A stretch of DNA of 64,000 bases from a virus, in IMG/VR virus record IMGVR_UViG_3300023184_000094, positions 1 through 64,000 of that record; one strand, written 5' to 3'. Positions 1-8,989 of the stretch are shown here, piece after piece; position 1 is the stretch's first letter, and the number at the start of each line of letters is the position of its first letter. The notes under the pieces are model-generated. The model did no database searches. It was not told the origin of the DNA and was given only the letters and a program-made list of their open reading frames with translations. Made by a program: the position numbers and the translations under genes.

Positions 1-486
1 TTTACGTGTTTTAGCTTCAACAACTTGTTTCAAGATTTGAACGTTGATTCTGTTACCTGGTGTGCCTTCTAAAGTGCTTGTTGAAGCAGCTTTACCAGCT
101 GTTGTACCAGAGTAAGCAGTTGCAATTTTGAATGGACTTAGAGCTTCATCACCACCTACTGTGCTGTCGCCTGAAGTTGCTGTAACAGCATCTGCATAAC
201 GTACACGTAGTGTGTGGATTTGTGCTACTGGGCCAGTCATTGGTTGAACGCCGACGATTTCGTTAGCGATAACTGTTGGCATTACTCGACGAATTACTGG
301 AAGAATAACGCGGTTTAATGTAGCTACGTTACCTACTGCTGTAGCGCCACTAGTTGCTGTTTCCATCAAGTGCTTCTTCGTATTTTCTAAAATTACAGCC
401 ATTGTAGTTCTTTTCGAACCTTGTAGACCTTCTAACAGGGCGTCTTTGGTCTCTGTCCAACGGCCTTCTAATAGTTGGGTTGTCAT
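1..486 (-). CDS. gp23: Major capsid protein, T4 gp23-like (N-terminal part; runs off the window)
   Basis: Not in the ORF track; manual translation from ATG at 486 gives MTTQLLEGRWTETKDALLEGL...LPVIRRVMPTVIANEIVGVQPMTGPVAQIHTLRVRY, containing the gp23 signature GVQPMTGP; AAGGAA RBS upstream; follows scaffold and protease genes. Confidence 0.95.
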   Translation of the reverse strand, partial: MTTQLLEGRWTETKDALLEGLQGSKRTTMAVILENTKKHLMETATSGATAVGNVATLNRVILPVIRRVMPTVIANEIVGVQPMTGPVAQIHTLRVRYADAVTATSGDSTVGGDEALSPFKIATAYSGTTAGKAASTSTLEGTPGNRINVQILKQVVEAKTRK

Positions 487-515
487 TTCTTATTTTCCTT
501 TAAAAAAAATTACTA

Positions 516-1610
516 CTATTTTAGCCCTGCTAAACGTCGAATTTCTACAACATTGTTGAGGGATTCTTCGTTTGTTTTAGCAGATTTATCACCTGTCACT
601 TCTACACGACTCTCAGCTAGTACAGCTTTTTCAGCTTTGACAGCTGGAGTGTTGTTTAGAACTGCTGGTAGATACTTGTCATATGCAGTTTGTAGTCTTT
701 CAGTCTGCACACTCTCGAGTAGGCTGCTCATTACTTCAGCTTTCTCTTTGTTTAATGTCTTAAGTAATCCATCAAGTTTTTCCTTACGGTTAATACTTTC
801 TGTGATTACGCGAACTTCACGGTTCTTAGATTCAACTAATGCTTCTTTTTCTGTAATTGCTTTTTGACTTTCAGCGATAATAGCATCTTTCTCTGCTAAT
901 ACTGCTTGAAGTTTTGCGAATTCTTTGTTCTCACTAAGATGAGTTCCAGCGAATTCTGTAGCAAATGCTTCAAATAAGCGACGACCGAACATGTTCTCAC
1001 GAGCAGTTTGGATGTCTTCTTTAAGTTGAGCTAATTCTGAGCCTAGATTGGTTGCCACTGCTTCCTTAACAAGTTTAGCACTGCGTTTAACAAAAGCACC
1101 TTGTAGTTCAGCTAATTTTTGTTTAGCTTCTGCAACAAGTTTAACTTTAGTTTCGACAACAGCTTGCTTGTCTTGGTCAAACTCTTTGATCTCTTCAGCT
1201 AGTGCATGGATAACAAATTTTTCTAGTTTAGCGATAGCTTCACTTTGAACTTTCTTATCTGTGCGTAGTTCTTTGATCTCTTCAGCTAATTTAGTAACCA
1301 TAAAGTCATTAAATTTGCCTGCGCTTTCAACCATGTGACGTTTAAATTTCACGCGGTCTTCTGTAAGAGCTTGTTTCTCTTCTGCGAACTCTTTGAGTTC
1401 AGAGCTGAGACTTTCAGTGACCATCTTGTCTAGAGCTTCAACCATTACATTTTTGTCGTGCTCATAGCGGCCAGCGAATTCTTCACGCAATTCTGCGCGA
1501 ATAACGTCACGTGCTTCAGTTAACTTTGATTCCCAAGCTTCATTTAATGCAGTTTGAGTTTCTTCGTTAATGATGCCACTATCTAACAATGGTTTGATAG
1601 CATCTAACAT
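516..1610 (-). CDS. Prohead core scaffold protein (gp22-like)
   Basis: 364 aa, Glu/Lys/Ala-rich coiled coil; lies between gp21 and gp23 as in T4-like head modules. Confidence 0.8.
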   Translation of the reverse strand: MLDAIKPLLDSGIINEETQTALNEAWESKLTEARDVIRAELREEFAGRYEHDKNVMVEALDKMVTESLSSELKEFAEEKQALTEDRVKFKRHMVESAGKFNDFMVTKLAEEIKELRTDKKVQSEAIAKLEKFVIHALAEEIKEFDQDKQAVVETKVKLVAEAKQKLAELQGAFVKRSAKLVKEAVATNLGSELAQLKEDIQTARENMFGRRLFEAFATEFAGTHLSENKEFAKLQAVLAEKDAIIAESQKAITEKEALVESKNREVRVITESINRKEKLDGLLKTLNKEKAEVMSSLLESVQTERLQTAYDKYLPAVLNNTPAVKAEKAVLAESRVEVTGDKSAKTNEESLNNVVEIRRLAGLK

Positions 1611-1619
1611 TACGATCTC

Positions 1620-2261
1620 CTATTTAATTTTCAAATCTTTGATAAGGCCTTTTACAGCTTCTCTTAGATATTTTTGTACCTTTTGATCTGCGCTGGCCTC
1701 TTTAGCCAATTCGAATACCTTACTGCCACCCTTCATATTCATCAGTCCTTCGTAAATCGCTGTTGGATAAGCATTTGGTGCGCTTGGTTGCGCAACTACA
1801 TCTACTGTGACTATTTCAAAGTCACTTACTCGGCCATCACCATCGCTCACGTTACCGCTACCACGAGATGAAACACCTAATTTTACTCCTGACTCCAGCA
1901 TTGTTGTTACCAACAATCCCATTGGAGTAGGAAGAATCTTTAATTTACCAAACCCATTAGGACCATCCATCCACATATCTGTAATCATATGTGAAACACG
2001 ATCTAAATTAATTTTCAAATCATCAGGGTGATCGACTTCGCCTAAGACGCTGTAACCACCCTTGATCTGTTCATTTAGTGTGCTAACGGCTTTTTCAATC
2101 TCATTTACAGGATATACACGCTCATTGTGGTTTTTAACGCCACCTTGGATGAATATACCTTTCATGTAAAGATTCTTACCTTTGCCGTCAGCTGTGCCTT
2201 CAGTGATAACTTCCATGCGGGCTGCGTCAAATGTTAAGTTCTCTTTAAGATAAAATGCCAT
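1620..2261 (-). CDS. gp21: Prohead core protein protease
   Basis: Motifs N.N.RVYP, LGEVDHP, INLDRVSH, LGVSSRGSG, DVVAQPSAPNAY typical of T4 gp21. Confidence 0.95.
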   Translation of the reverse strand: MAFYLKENLTFDAARMEVITEGTADGKGKNLYMKGIFIQGGVKNHNERVYPVNEIEKAVSTLNEQIKGGYSVLGEVDHPDDLKINLDRVSHMITDMWMDGPNGFGKLKILPTPMGLLVTTMLESGVKLGVSSRGSGNVSDGDGRVSDFEIVTVDVVAQPSAPNAYPTAIYEGLMNMKGGSKVFELAKEASADQKVQKYLREAVKGLIKDLKIK

Positions 2262-2274
2262 TATAGTTTCCTAA

Positions 2275-3183
2275 TTATCTAGCTTTAACTGGACTAACTT
2301 TGTTAATTGGGCGACTACCGTCTGCACCAGCTAGTTTACCTTCTTGACCACCTTGTTGTGCTTCTTTAGTTTTAAATGCTGTTTTACCTGCATTTGCACC
2401 TGGTTTGTTTTGTGGGTTGCTTACTAGTGTACCTTTTGGTTTTTCGCTAGCTGCAGGACGTGTGCCGTCTTGATCAGCTGTGCCACCTTTACTAAATGCT
2501 GCTGTGCCGCCCATGTCATTCTTACCAGCTACAACAGACTTAGTGTTTTTACCACCTGATGCTGGAGTTTTAGCACCTGTGCCTGCCATTTTGCCTTCTG
2601 AACCTTGACCTGTGTCAGCTACTTTTTCTACGTATTCGCGAACGATAGTTTCATCTAACTCGTCTTCAGCTTCTACTTCAGCGTCTTCTTCTTCTTCTTT
2701 GTCTTCAGCTTCGTAGAATTCTTCGTTACCTACTTCTTCTTCGCCGCCTAATTCTTCTGAACCTTCGTCACCGTGGATGCCTGGCATTTCGTGTTCTTCG
2801 TGTTCTTCGCCAGCCATTAGTGCGTCAAATTCCGCTTTTAATTCGTCTAATGCTGATTCTAAATCATCAACACGTGCTTCAACACCTTCTTCTTCACCGT
2901 GTTCTTCACCTGAAAGTTCGTCAGCATCAAAAGCACCAACTTCTTCGTCAGAACCTTCTTCGCCTTCTTCTTCCTCTTCGCTGATACCTTGTTCGTCCAT
3001 TTGAACGTCTTGTACCATGTCTTCAACTTGGTTACCACCAACTTCATCTAGGTCTTCTTCAGCTACTAGGTTTTCGTAAATATCACGTGATTTTTCCACA
3101 ACGATTTCGTGGAACAATTCGCGAGCTTTGTCTGTCTCATCGTTGATGATGAATTCGACTAATTGTTCGTATTTGTTGTTCAT
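2275..3183 (-). CDS. Acidic low-complexity prohead core/internal protein (positional equivalent of gp67/gp68)
   Basis: 302 aa; very Glu/Asp-rich N-terminal two thirds, Gly/Lys-rich C-terminus; between portal and protease; GGAG RBS. Confidence 0.55.
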   Translation of the reverse strand: MNNKYEQLVEFIINDETDKARELFHEIVVEKSRDIYENLVAEEDLDEVGGNQVEDMVQDVQMDEQGISEEEEEGEEGSDEEVGAFDADELSGEEHGEEEGVEARVDDLESALDELKAEFDALMAGEEHEEHEMPGIHGDEGSEELGGEEEVGNEEFYEAEDKEEEEDAEVEAEDELDETIVREYVEKVADTGQGSEGKMAGTGAKTPASGGKNTKSVVAGKNDMGGTAAFSKGGTADQDGTRPAASEKPKGTLVSNPQNKPGANAGKTAFKTKEAQQGGQEGKLAGADGSRPINKVSPVKAR

Positions 3184-3250
3184 TATGAACTCCTTAAAAA
3201 TTAATATTAAATCCGGACTAATACTTGAATAGAACTGTATTATGTTTATA

Positions 3251-3258
3251 TATTTACA
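3251..3258 (-). promoter_or_regulatory. Putative gp55-dependent late promoter (TGTAAATA)
   Basis: TAAATA core in the intergenic region upstream of the core/protease/scaffold/capsid genes. Confidence 0.55.
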
Positions 3259-3314
3259 TAATATTTTGGAAAGGGGGGTTAAATGCTATGTTTTTGAATC
3301 GTTTTGACAGATAA

Positions 3315-3539
3315 CTACATCATTGGTGCTTCAGCTGCAGGTACCTTATATTGATCTTGCACTGTTTCTAGTTTTTTCTCGTGTTCTAACTTACGCACAT
3401 CATTCATGATACGTAGGCGATTCAGCTGTTTTAGTGTGAGCTTGGTCTTGCGTAGGTCGCTGAGTTTGAGTGTGGTATTATCGTCTTTTTCAGTGCGATA
3501 ACCATCCGTTTCTTGTTCAAATACTTCTAGTAGGTTCAT
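3315..3539 (-). CDS. Small hypothetical head-module protein
   Basis: ORF track 3315..3554; ATG at 3539 (MNLLEVF) preferred because it lies 5 nt after a TAAATA box. Confidence 0.7.
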   Translation of the reverse strand: MNLLEVFEQETDGYRTEKDDNTTLKLSDLRKTKLTLKQLNRLRIMNDVRKLEHEKKLETVQDQYKVPAAEAPMM

Positions 3540-3557
3540 AAGTTTATTTACCAAATA

Positions 3558-5279
3558 TTACAAACCTAGGCTGCCGCCTGGAGCGGCTGCTGGATTACCT
3601 ACCGTATCTGGTTGTCCTGGACCCGGTTGTCCTCCAAGGTCTGCGCCTGGCATACCCGGTGCTGGTGCTAGATTATCCATGTCTTGCTGTATGCCCGCTG
3701 TGCTGACACCTACTGCACGCAAGCCAGCTTCTGGAGCTTCTGTGTCCTGCACCTTGCCGTTTTCTTCTGCCCATAGTTCATCATTGCGTGTCATTTCTTC
3801 TTCGCTGAGATCTAGATAACGCTCAAGTAAGAAACGTTTTGAAAGATAAGGCACTGGTTCTAACTGCACGAATGTATTAATACGCACTTGATCGACTTCT
3901 GCTTGGCGGTATTTGGCAAAGTTCTGTGGCTCATTGAAACGCAATTCAAATAGAGCATTGTCAATATTGATGCCTCTCCAGCGCATGAACATCTTAAATT
4001 CCATGTCTAGTTTTTCTGCGATCAGTGTTTGTAAGCGCATACAGTATTGGTTAAAGCGCCACTCTTGGATCAGTGCTGTAGTAGTCTTACCATCGCTGTA
4101 GGTTCTTTCGCTGTCATCATTGCCTGTGGGCAAGTAGCTTGACGGAATACGTAGACCGCGGAACATCTTGTTGGTAAAGTAGCGTAGGTCAGTGATCTCA
4201 CCAAGGTTTTGACCACCTGGGAATACTTCCACACTGGATCCACGTCCTTCTGCTGTCACGGGGAAGAAGTAGTCTTCGTTAGTTGATAGTGGATTATATG
4301 TAGCATCCATCATGTTCTGTCCGCCACCAGTTTGTGTAGGAATCCTACGTTGATGGATTTCATTTTTAATACGATCAACATAGGCCATGGCCAAGTGTGT
4401 GGGCATGTTACCTACGTCAATCTTAAAGATACGACGTTCCGGAGCACGTTGTATGCGATAGATTAGGATAGCATCTTCTAATAGTTCTTTTTGTTTGAAT
4501 ATCTTGAAAATACTTTCTAATACTGAGTTACCAAATGGCCAGTTTAAGTCTAGGCCTTCTGTCAATGATATATGCACTACATGTTCTGCGTCAATCACTG
4601 CTTCGTTCTGTGCATGACCAAAACGGCTACCACCACTGTAAGGACTCTGTGGTTGCACATAAGCGCCGCTGGGTCCACCTACCTGTGGGTGATTGATAAA
4701 TGTATCACTGGAACTCAATGCAGTGGCTGTCAAGTTCATAAAGTTGATGTTTAGATCTTTGATGACATACTGCTCTGGTTTCTTACCTTCAGCTTCGTTG
4801 ACAATAACTTTAGTAACTTTGAACATCTCTGTCCAAAATAGTTTAAATGTTTCCGGATCACGTAGGAATACCTGATCGCCATACTTGATAGTATTGCGGA
4901 ATAGTTTAAACAAGCGTTTGTTAAGATCGTTTAAGCTGACCCATTGTTGTAGCTGTTCACGGATGATTTTTACTTCGTTGTCTGTTGGATCTTCTTTGAA
5001 GAATAGATCAAAGCCTGTGCCGTTTTCGTTATTAGTCTGTGTGCTGAACTCTGCGATGATATCTAAGGCCGCGTTTACTTCGCTGTCCATGTCCATCTGT
5101 TCATATTGATTATAGCGTTCTGTACGGTTTGGGTGACCGATGTAGACTTCTGGTAGTTGACTAGCAAAATTACGATAACCAGCATCTGGTAGGTTATTGA
5201 CCCCATTGCTGCCATTGATCGGACTCATTAAACCACTAACATTTGGGTTAGCAGTTTTGAAATATTTTTTCCATGCCAT
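3558..5279 (-). CDS. gp20: Portal vertex protein
   Basis: Motifs LLEDAILIYRIQRAPERRIFKIDVGNMP and EDYFFP...GRGSSVEVFPGGQNLGEI characteristic of T4 gp20. Confidence 0.97.
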   Translation of the reverse strand: MAWKKYFKTANPNVSGLMSPINGSNGVNNLPDAGYRNFASQLPEVYIGHPNRTERYNQYEQMDMDSEVNAALDIIAEFSTQTNNENGTGFDLFFKEDPTDNEVKIIREQLQQWVSLNDLNKRLFKLFRNTIKYGDQVFLRDPETFKLFWTEMFKVTKVIVNEAEGKKPEQYVIKDLNINFMNLTATALSSSDTFINHPQVGGPSGAYVQPQSPYSGGSRFGHAQNEAVIDAEHVVHISLTEGLDLNWPFGNSVLESIFKIFKQKELLEDAILIYRIQRAPERRIFKIDVGNMPTHLAMAYVDRIKNEIHQRRIPTQTGGGQNMMDATYNPLSTNEDYFFPVTAEGRGSSVEVFPGGQNLGEITDLRYFTNKMFRGLRIPSSYLPTGNDDSERTYSDGKTTTALIQEWRFNQYCMRLQTLIAEKLDMEFKMFMRWRGINIDNALFELRFNEPQNFAKYRQAEVDQVRINTFVQLEPVPYLSKRFLLERYLDLSEEEMTRNDELWAEENGKVQDTEAPEAGLRAVGVSTAGIQQDMDNLAPAPGMPGADLGGQPGPGQPDTVGNPAAAPGGSLGL

Positions 5280-5304
5280 AGTATTAATCTCTAGTGTGAT
5301 ACAC

Positions 5305-5312
5305 TATTTATA
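5305..5312 (-). promoter_or_regulatory. T4-type late promoter TATAAATA
   Basis: Exact T4 late consensus on the minus strand, 25 nt upstream of the portal start. Confidence 0.8.
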
Positions 5313-5316
5313 GTCT

Positions 5317-7443
5317 TTAATAGCTATGCTGTAATATTCCTGATGTTAGATTGTTGTTTTGTTTCATTGCTCGGACCAAATCTTGTATCGCTGAGTAGGT
5401 TTGACTGTGTCCATTTTTGATTTCATCAACCATTGATTGGATAGACGATTGCGATGAATCAGCAGATCCAGCCGTTTGTTGTTTGATCTCTACAGGAACC
5501 GATTTACCATCTGGTAATGGGATAACTGCTTCTGTTCCGTGTAATACTGCTTGATATCCGCTGTTAGGTCCAGCAGTAACACCACCAAAGGCCATCTGTG
5601 GAACATCAATGCCTTTCATACGTTCTTCGTAGATGTTTTTGTGATTGGTTTGAGGCGCACCAAATGCCTTGCGCAGGTTTTCGTCGTATTTGCGTGCTTT
5701 GGCTGCATCTTCTGCTGACATTTCTGCAATTTCAGCTTCACGTTTTTGTTTTACTTCCATTGCACGTTTATCTTGAGCCATCTGATATTCAGCTAGGCCA
5801 CCATATTGTTTTTTGTATTCTTCTAAAGCAGCTTTTTCTGCAGCGGCTTTTTCTGGTGATGGGCCACTGACTGCCTCAATAGCATCACCAATCATCTTCA
5901 TTGTCTGTGCGTTGACTTTCTCTAAAAGTTTAGCATAAGTATCAAGATTTTTATTAACTTTAGTTTCCATCAACACTTGGAATTGTTTAGTAGAGTCGTA
6001 TAACGCAGCTGTTTTTGTGCTCAAATCATCTGTAGCATTGGCCTGTGCTTCGTTAGCTTCTTGTGATTTTTTAGCGGCATTAACATCTGGATCAGGACCA
6101 TATGCGGCCATAAATTTATTACTGATATCGGCCATACCGCTAGCTGTACCTTGAACACCTGCCACTGCGGCTCGGTCGATCGCTTCAGTAAACTTACCTT
6201 GTGATGTGGCTATCTTTTTAGCGGCAGTCCTAGCCTGTTCGTCAGTGAATGTTGCAATATCAGTATTACCAGCTTTGACCTGCTCACCAACACTTTTGAC
6301 CATGTCAACCATGGCTTTGTTGGCTGCGATTTTTGGATCAGTGATATTACCAAACGTTAGATACTGTGTTAATGCTGCTTGGACTTCAGGACCGGCTTTG
6401 CTTAATACTGAGTTGGCACTCATGAATGCAGTTTTTTGATCACCAGTGAGTTTAGTCATCAACGCACCACGCTGTGCTTCAGCACGAGCACGTTCCATTA
6501 ATTTCTTAGCATCCTGCCCTGTGATGTCTGCGATAACTTTTAAATCTGTTGCGTATTTTCTTGTACCTTCTGCAATCTCTTTATCGCTCATAGCACGCAG
6601 TTTGCCTGCGGCCTGCATATTAGCCATAAAACTGGTCATCACAGCACCTTGTTCTTCATAGGTATAACCCATTTTAAACATTTCAGTGCGTAGGTTTTGT
6701 CCACTCTTACCTATCGTTTTAGCCGCTGATCCTAGTCCTTCAGCTAGTCGCTGTGCGGCATCGCCACCCGACAATCCAAATTTGTTTAATTCTTCTTTAT
6801 TTTTTGCTACTATAGCGGAGAAATCTTTAATACCCAACCCCGCAGCATGTGCAACGTCAGACATCTGTTGCATACCACCAGAGAAACTGGCTCCAACTTT
6901 GTTATAACTCTGCAGAGCATCGACGTTTTTCTGTAGTTGATCAGCAAAAACATTATTAGCGGCTTTGAGTAGTTCTTGTGCTAGTTTTGCGGCTGCGCTG
7001 GCTGCTTCACCCACAAACGGAATTGCTTTAGCCAGACCTTGTGCAAAGTCACCAACTACGTCAATACCGGTGTTGATTAAATCACGGCCAGCTTTGATAG
7101 GATTATCTGCTATATCTGCATAGTTGGTCATGAACTTGACAGCAACTGCGGTTGCAGTGACACCAAGATTTTTTAAACTAGACATTGCCGCATCACCAGC
7201 GGCTGCCCAACCAACACTGATCTTAGTCAGATCTTCTGCAGCATCTTTAGCACCTTTGGCAAGATCTTTGGTACTCTTAGCCGCATCTTGACTAGCTTTG
7301 TTTTGTGGGTTAGCACCAGCTTTACCAGACATGGCTTTCTGGGCTGCCTGCATCGCTTCTAATATGCTACGTAAGGTTTCCTCGCTGGCAGCATTTTCCG
7401 CTTCAACGGTTCCGAATCCTGGTATGTCAACTTTTACGGCCAT
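5317..7443 (-). CDS. Tape-measure-like tail protein
   Basis: 708 aa Ala/Lys/Gln-rich helical protein; C-terminal motif MAFGG...LHGTEAVIPL as seen at the end of many tape measure proteins; divergent from a gp26-like chaperone pair. Confidence 0.65.
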   Translation of the reverse strand: MAVKVDIPGFGTVEAENAASEETLRSILEAMQAAQKAMSGKAGANPQNKASQDAAKSTKDLAKGAKDAAEDLTKISVGWAAAGDAAMSSLKNLGVTATAVAVKFMTNYADIADNPIKAGRDLINTGIDVVGDFAQGLAKAIPFVGEAASAAAKLAQELLKAANNVFADQLQKNVDALQSYNKVGASFSGGMQQMSDVAHAAGLGIKDFSAIVAKNKEELNKFGLSGGDAAQRLAEGLGSAAKTIGKSGQNLRTEMFKMGYTYEEQGAVMTSFMANMQAAGKLRAMSDKEIAEGTRKYATDLKVIADITGQDAKKLMERARAEAQRGALMTKLTGDQKTAFMSANSVLSKAGPEVQAALTQYLTFGNITDPKIAANKAMVDMVKSVGEQVKAGNTDIATFTDEQARTAAKKIATSQGKFTEAIDRAAVAGVQGTASGMADISNKFMAAYGPDPDVNAAKKSQEANEAQANATDDLSTKTAALYDSTKQFQVLMETKVNKNLDTYAKLLEKVNAQTMKMIGDAIEAVSGPSPEKAAAEKAALEEYKKQYGGLAEYQMAQDKRAMEVKQKREAEIAEMSAEDAAKARKYDENLRKAFGAPQTNHKNIYEERMKGIDVPQMAFGGVTAGPNSGYQAVLHGTEAVIPLPDGKSVPVEIKQQTAGSADSSQSSIQSMVDEIKNGHSQTYSAIQDLVRAMKQNNNLTSGILQHSY

Positions 7444-7455
7444 GGGTTTTTATCC

Positions 7456-7488
7456 AATAAATACACAAAGTATATACATATATTTATG
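7456..7488. promoter_or_regulatory. Crossed divergent late promoters (AATAAATA +, 7456-7463; CATAAATA -, 7481-7488)
   Basis: Two ATAAATA boxes on opposite strands in the 58-bp gap between divergent genes. Confidence 0.6.
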
Positions 7489-7501
7489 GAGATCAAAATC
7501 A

Positions 7502-8344
7502 ATGGAAAAACCTAACAATAATCCTCTGTTTAAGCATTTTAGGCAGCCAGCAATTTACCTAAAACTGCCTAGCCAAGGTAAGTTTTATCCAGCCAATAGT
7601 TTAGATATTTCGGTAACCGGTGATGTTCCTATCTACCCAATGACTGTCAAAGATGAATTAACACTAAAGACTCCAGATGCACTGATGAATGGTTCAGGCA
7701 TGGCTGAAGTTATCCGTAGCTGCTGTCCAGCACTAAAAGATCCGTGGGTCATTCCTGCTGTGGATCTTGATGCTATCTTTATTGCTATCCGTTTAGCCAG
7801 TTACGGAACTACCATGGAGATCACTACTGCTTGCCCACATTGTAAAGAATCAAATGACCACGGCGTAAATTTAACCACATTGTTAGAAAATATCACTCCT
7901 GCAAATTACAATGATCAGCCAAGGATTGACAATTTAATTTTTAAATTTAAACCACAAAGCTATAAAGATATTAATTTAATGAATATCGCCACATTTGAAG
8001 AACGTAGGTTAGTTAATAACGTGCTCAGCAGTGAACTAGCAGACGATGAGAAGAAACGCTTGTTTGATGAAAGTTTTAAGAAAATCACAGAACTAAATGT
8101 CAGCATGTTGATCAGCTGTATCGAAAGCATAACAGTAGATGGTAACACAGTAGCTGATGAAATTCAAATTAGAGAATTTCTAGATAATACCAGCAGAACT
8201 ATTTTTGCTGAGATCAAAGATAAAATCCAAGAACTGATGAATCGCAATAAAATACAACCTATTTCTGTAGTCTGCGATAATCAAGAATGTGCAAAGGAAT
8301 ACACTACCGATCTAGTGTTTGACCAAGCAAATTTTTTCGAATAA
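7502..8344 (+). CDS. Baseplate hub assembly protein, T4 gp26-like
   Basis: YLKLPSQG, PMTVKDEL, DLDAIFIAIRLASYG, CPHC and C-terminal C-x4-C...NFF; start moved to ATG 7502 (GGAG RBS) because the ORF-track start overlaps the divergent gene. Confidence 0.8.
   Translation: MEKPNNNPLFKHFRQPAIYLKLPSQGKFYPANSLDISVTGDVPIYPMTVKDELTLKTPDALMNGSGMAEVIRSCCPALKDPWVIPAVDLDAIFIAIRLASYGTTMEITTACPHCKESNDHGVNLTTLLENITPANYNDQPRIDNLIFKFKPQSYKDINLMNIATFEERRLVNNVLSSELADDEKKRLFDESFKKITELNVSMLISCIESITVDGNTVADEIQIREFLDNTSRTIFAEIKDKIQELMNRNKIQPISVVCDNQECAKEYTTDLVFDQANFFE
8332..8338 (+). other. Putative -1 programmed ribosomal frameshift heptamer T TTT TTC
   Basis: X XXY YYZ heptamer in the correct phase one codon before the stop; the -1 frame is open into ORF 8350..8568. 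Confidence 0.7.
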
Positions 8345-8349
8345 GGCTT

Positions 8350-8568
8350 TTGTCACTCAGCGTTGAGGAAATTACTGCAATGATCGAGCAGTTAGAAAAA
8401 GAGACAAAAGCCATGCGCACCGAGATCCTAAAACTCTGCTGGTACATGCGAGGGGCCTTAAGCTATGAAGAAGGCATGCTACTAAGCTTCGTCGATCGAG
8501 ATATCATATCCTCTATAATCAAAGACAATATGGAAACAACTCAGAAGTCGGGCCTGCCTTTCTTTTAA
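8350..8568 (+). CDS. Small gp51-like / tail assembly chaperone GT-like domain, probably expressed as a frameshift fusion
   Basis: 72 aa, TTG start with no convincing RBS; LCWYMRGALSYEE...L...R motif resembles chaperone C-terminal extensions. Confidence 0.6.
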   Translation: MSLSVEEITAMIEQLEKETKAMRTEILKLCWYMRGALSYEEGMLLSFVDRDIISSIIKDNMETTQKSGLPFF

Positions 8569-8684
8569 GATTGTAGTTATCCAAAAGTTCTAACCATTAA
8601 CTACCTGTATTAAACTTTGCCTACGACTCTAAATAGATTACCCATTGCGGAAACGTAGTGTTGGTTTTAAAGGAGGTCCAGATA

Positions 8685-8918
8685 ATGGATATCTTAGCAA
8701 CAATTAAGAAGTGGGCAAGTGCCCTTGCAGATACAACAGTGAGTGTTTTGGCATTGTTGATCGTGTTAGAAGTATTATTCAAGGGAGCAGCTATCCCATT
8801 TCTACCAACAGTAGATGTCATTGGTTCAGTAACAGGTATCATTAAATCAGTGGGATCAGAAGGTGTTGTTGGTCTAGTGGCAGTATGGGTACTGTATTCA
8901 ATCTGGAAGAACAAATAA
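8685..8918 (+). CDS. Small membrane protein (two hydrophobic segments), function unknown
   Basis: AAGGAGG RBS before ATG 8685; hydrophobic stretches VSVLALLIVLEVLF and VVGLVAVWVLYSIW; TAAATA box at 8630-8635. Confidence 0.75.
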   Translation: MDILATIKKWASALADTTVSVLALLIVLEVLFKGAAIPFLPTVDVIGSVTGIIKSVGSEGVVGLVAVWVLYSIWKNK

Positions 8919-8944
8919 GTCTTTAGTTCTTTTTGGTTTAAAGC

Positions 8945-8978
8945 AAGCGTGAGTATTCATTTATATTCACGCTTTTTT
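8945..8978 (+). terminator. Rho-independent terminator
   Basis: AAGCGTGAGTAT...ATATTCACGCTT stem followed by a T-tract, just after the membrane protein gene. Confidence 0.75.
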
Positions 8979-8989
8979 ATTGACTCCGT

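Noticed and set aside
7298-7501. N-terminal extension of the gp26-like ORF in the ORF track
   Set aside because: Overlaps the divergent tape-measure gene and the promoter region; ATG 7502 has an RBS.
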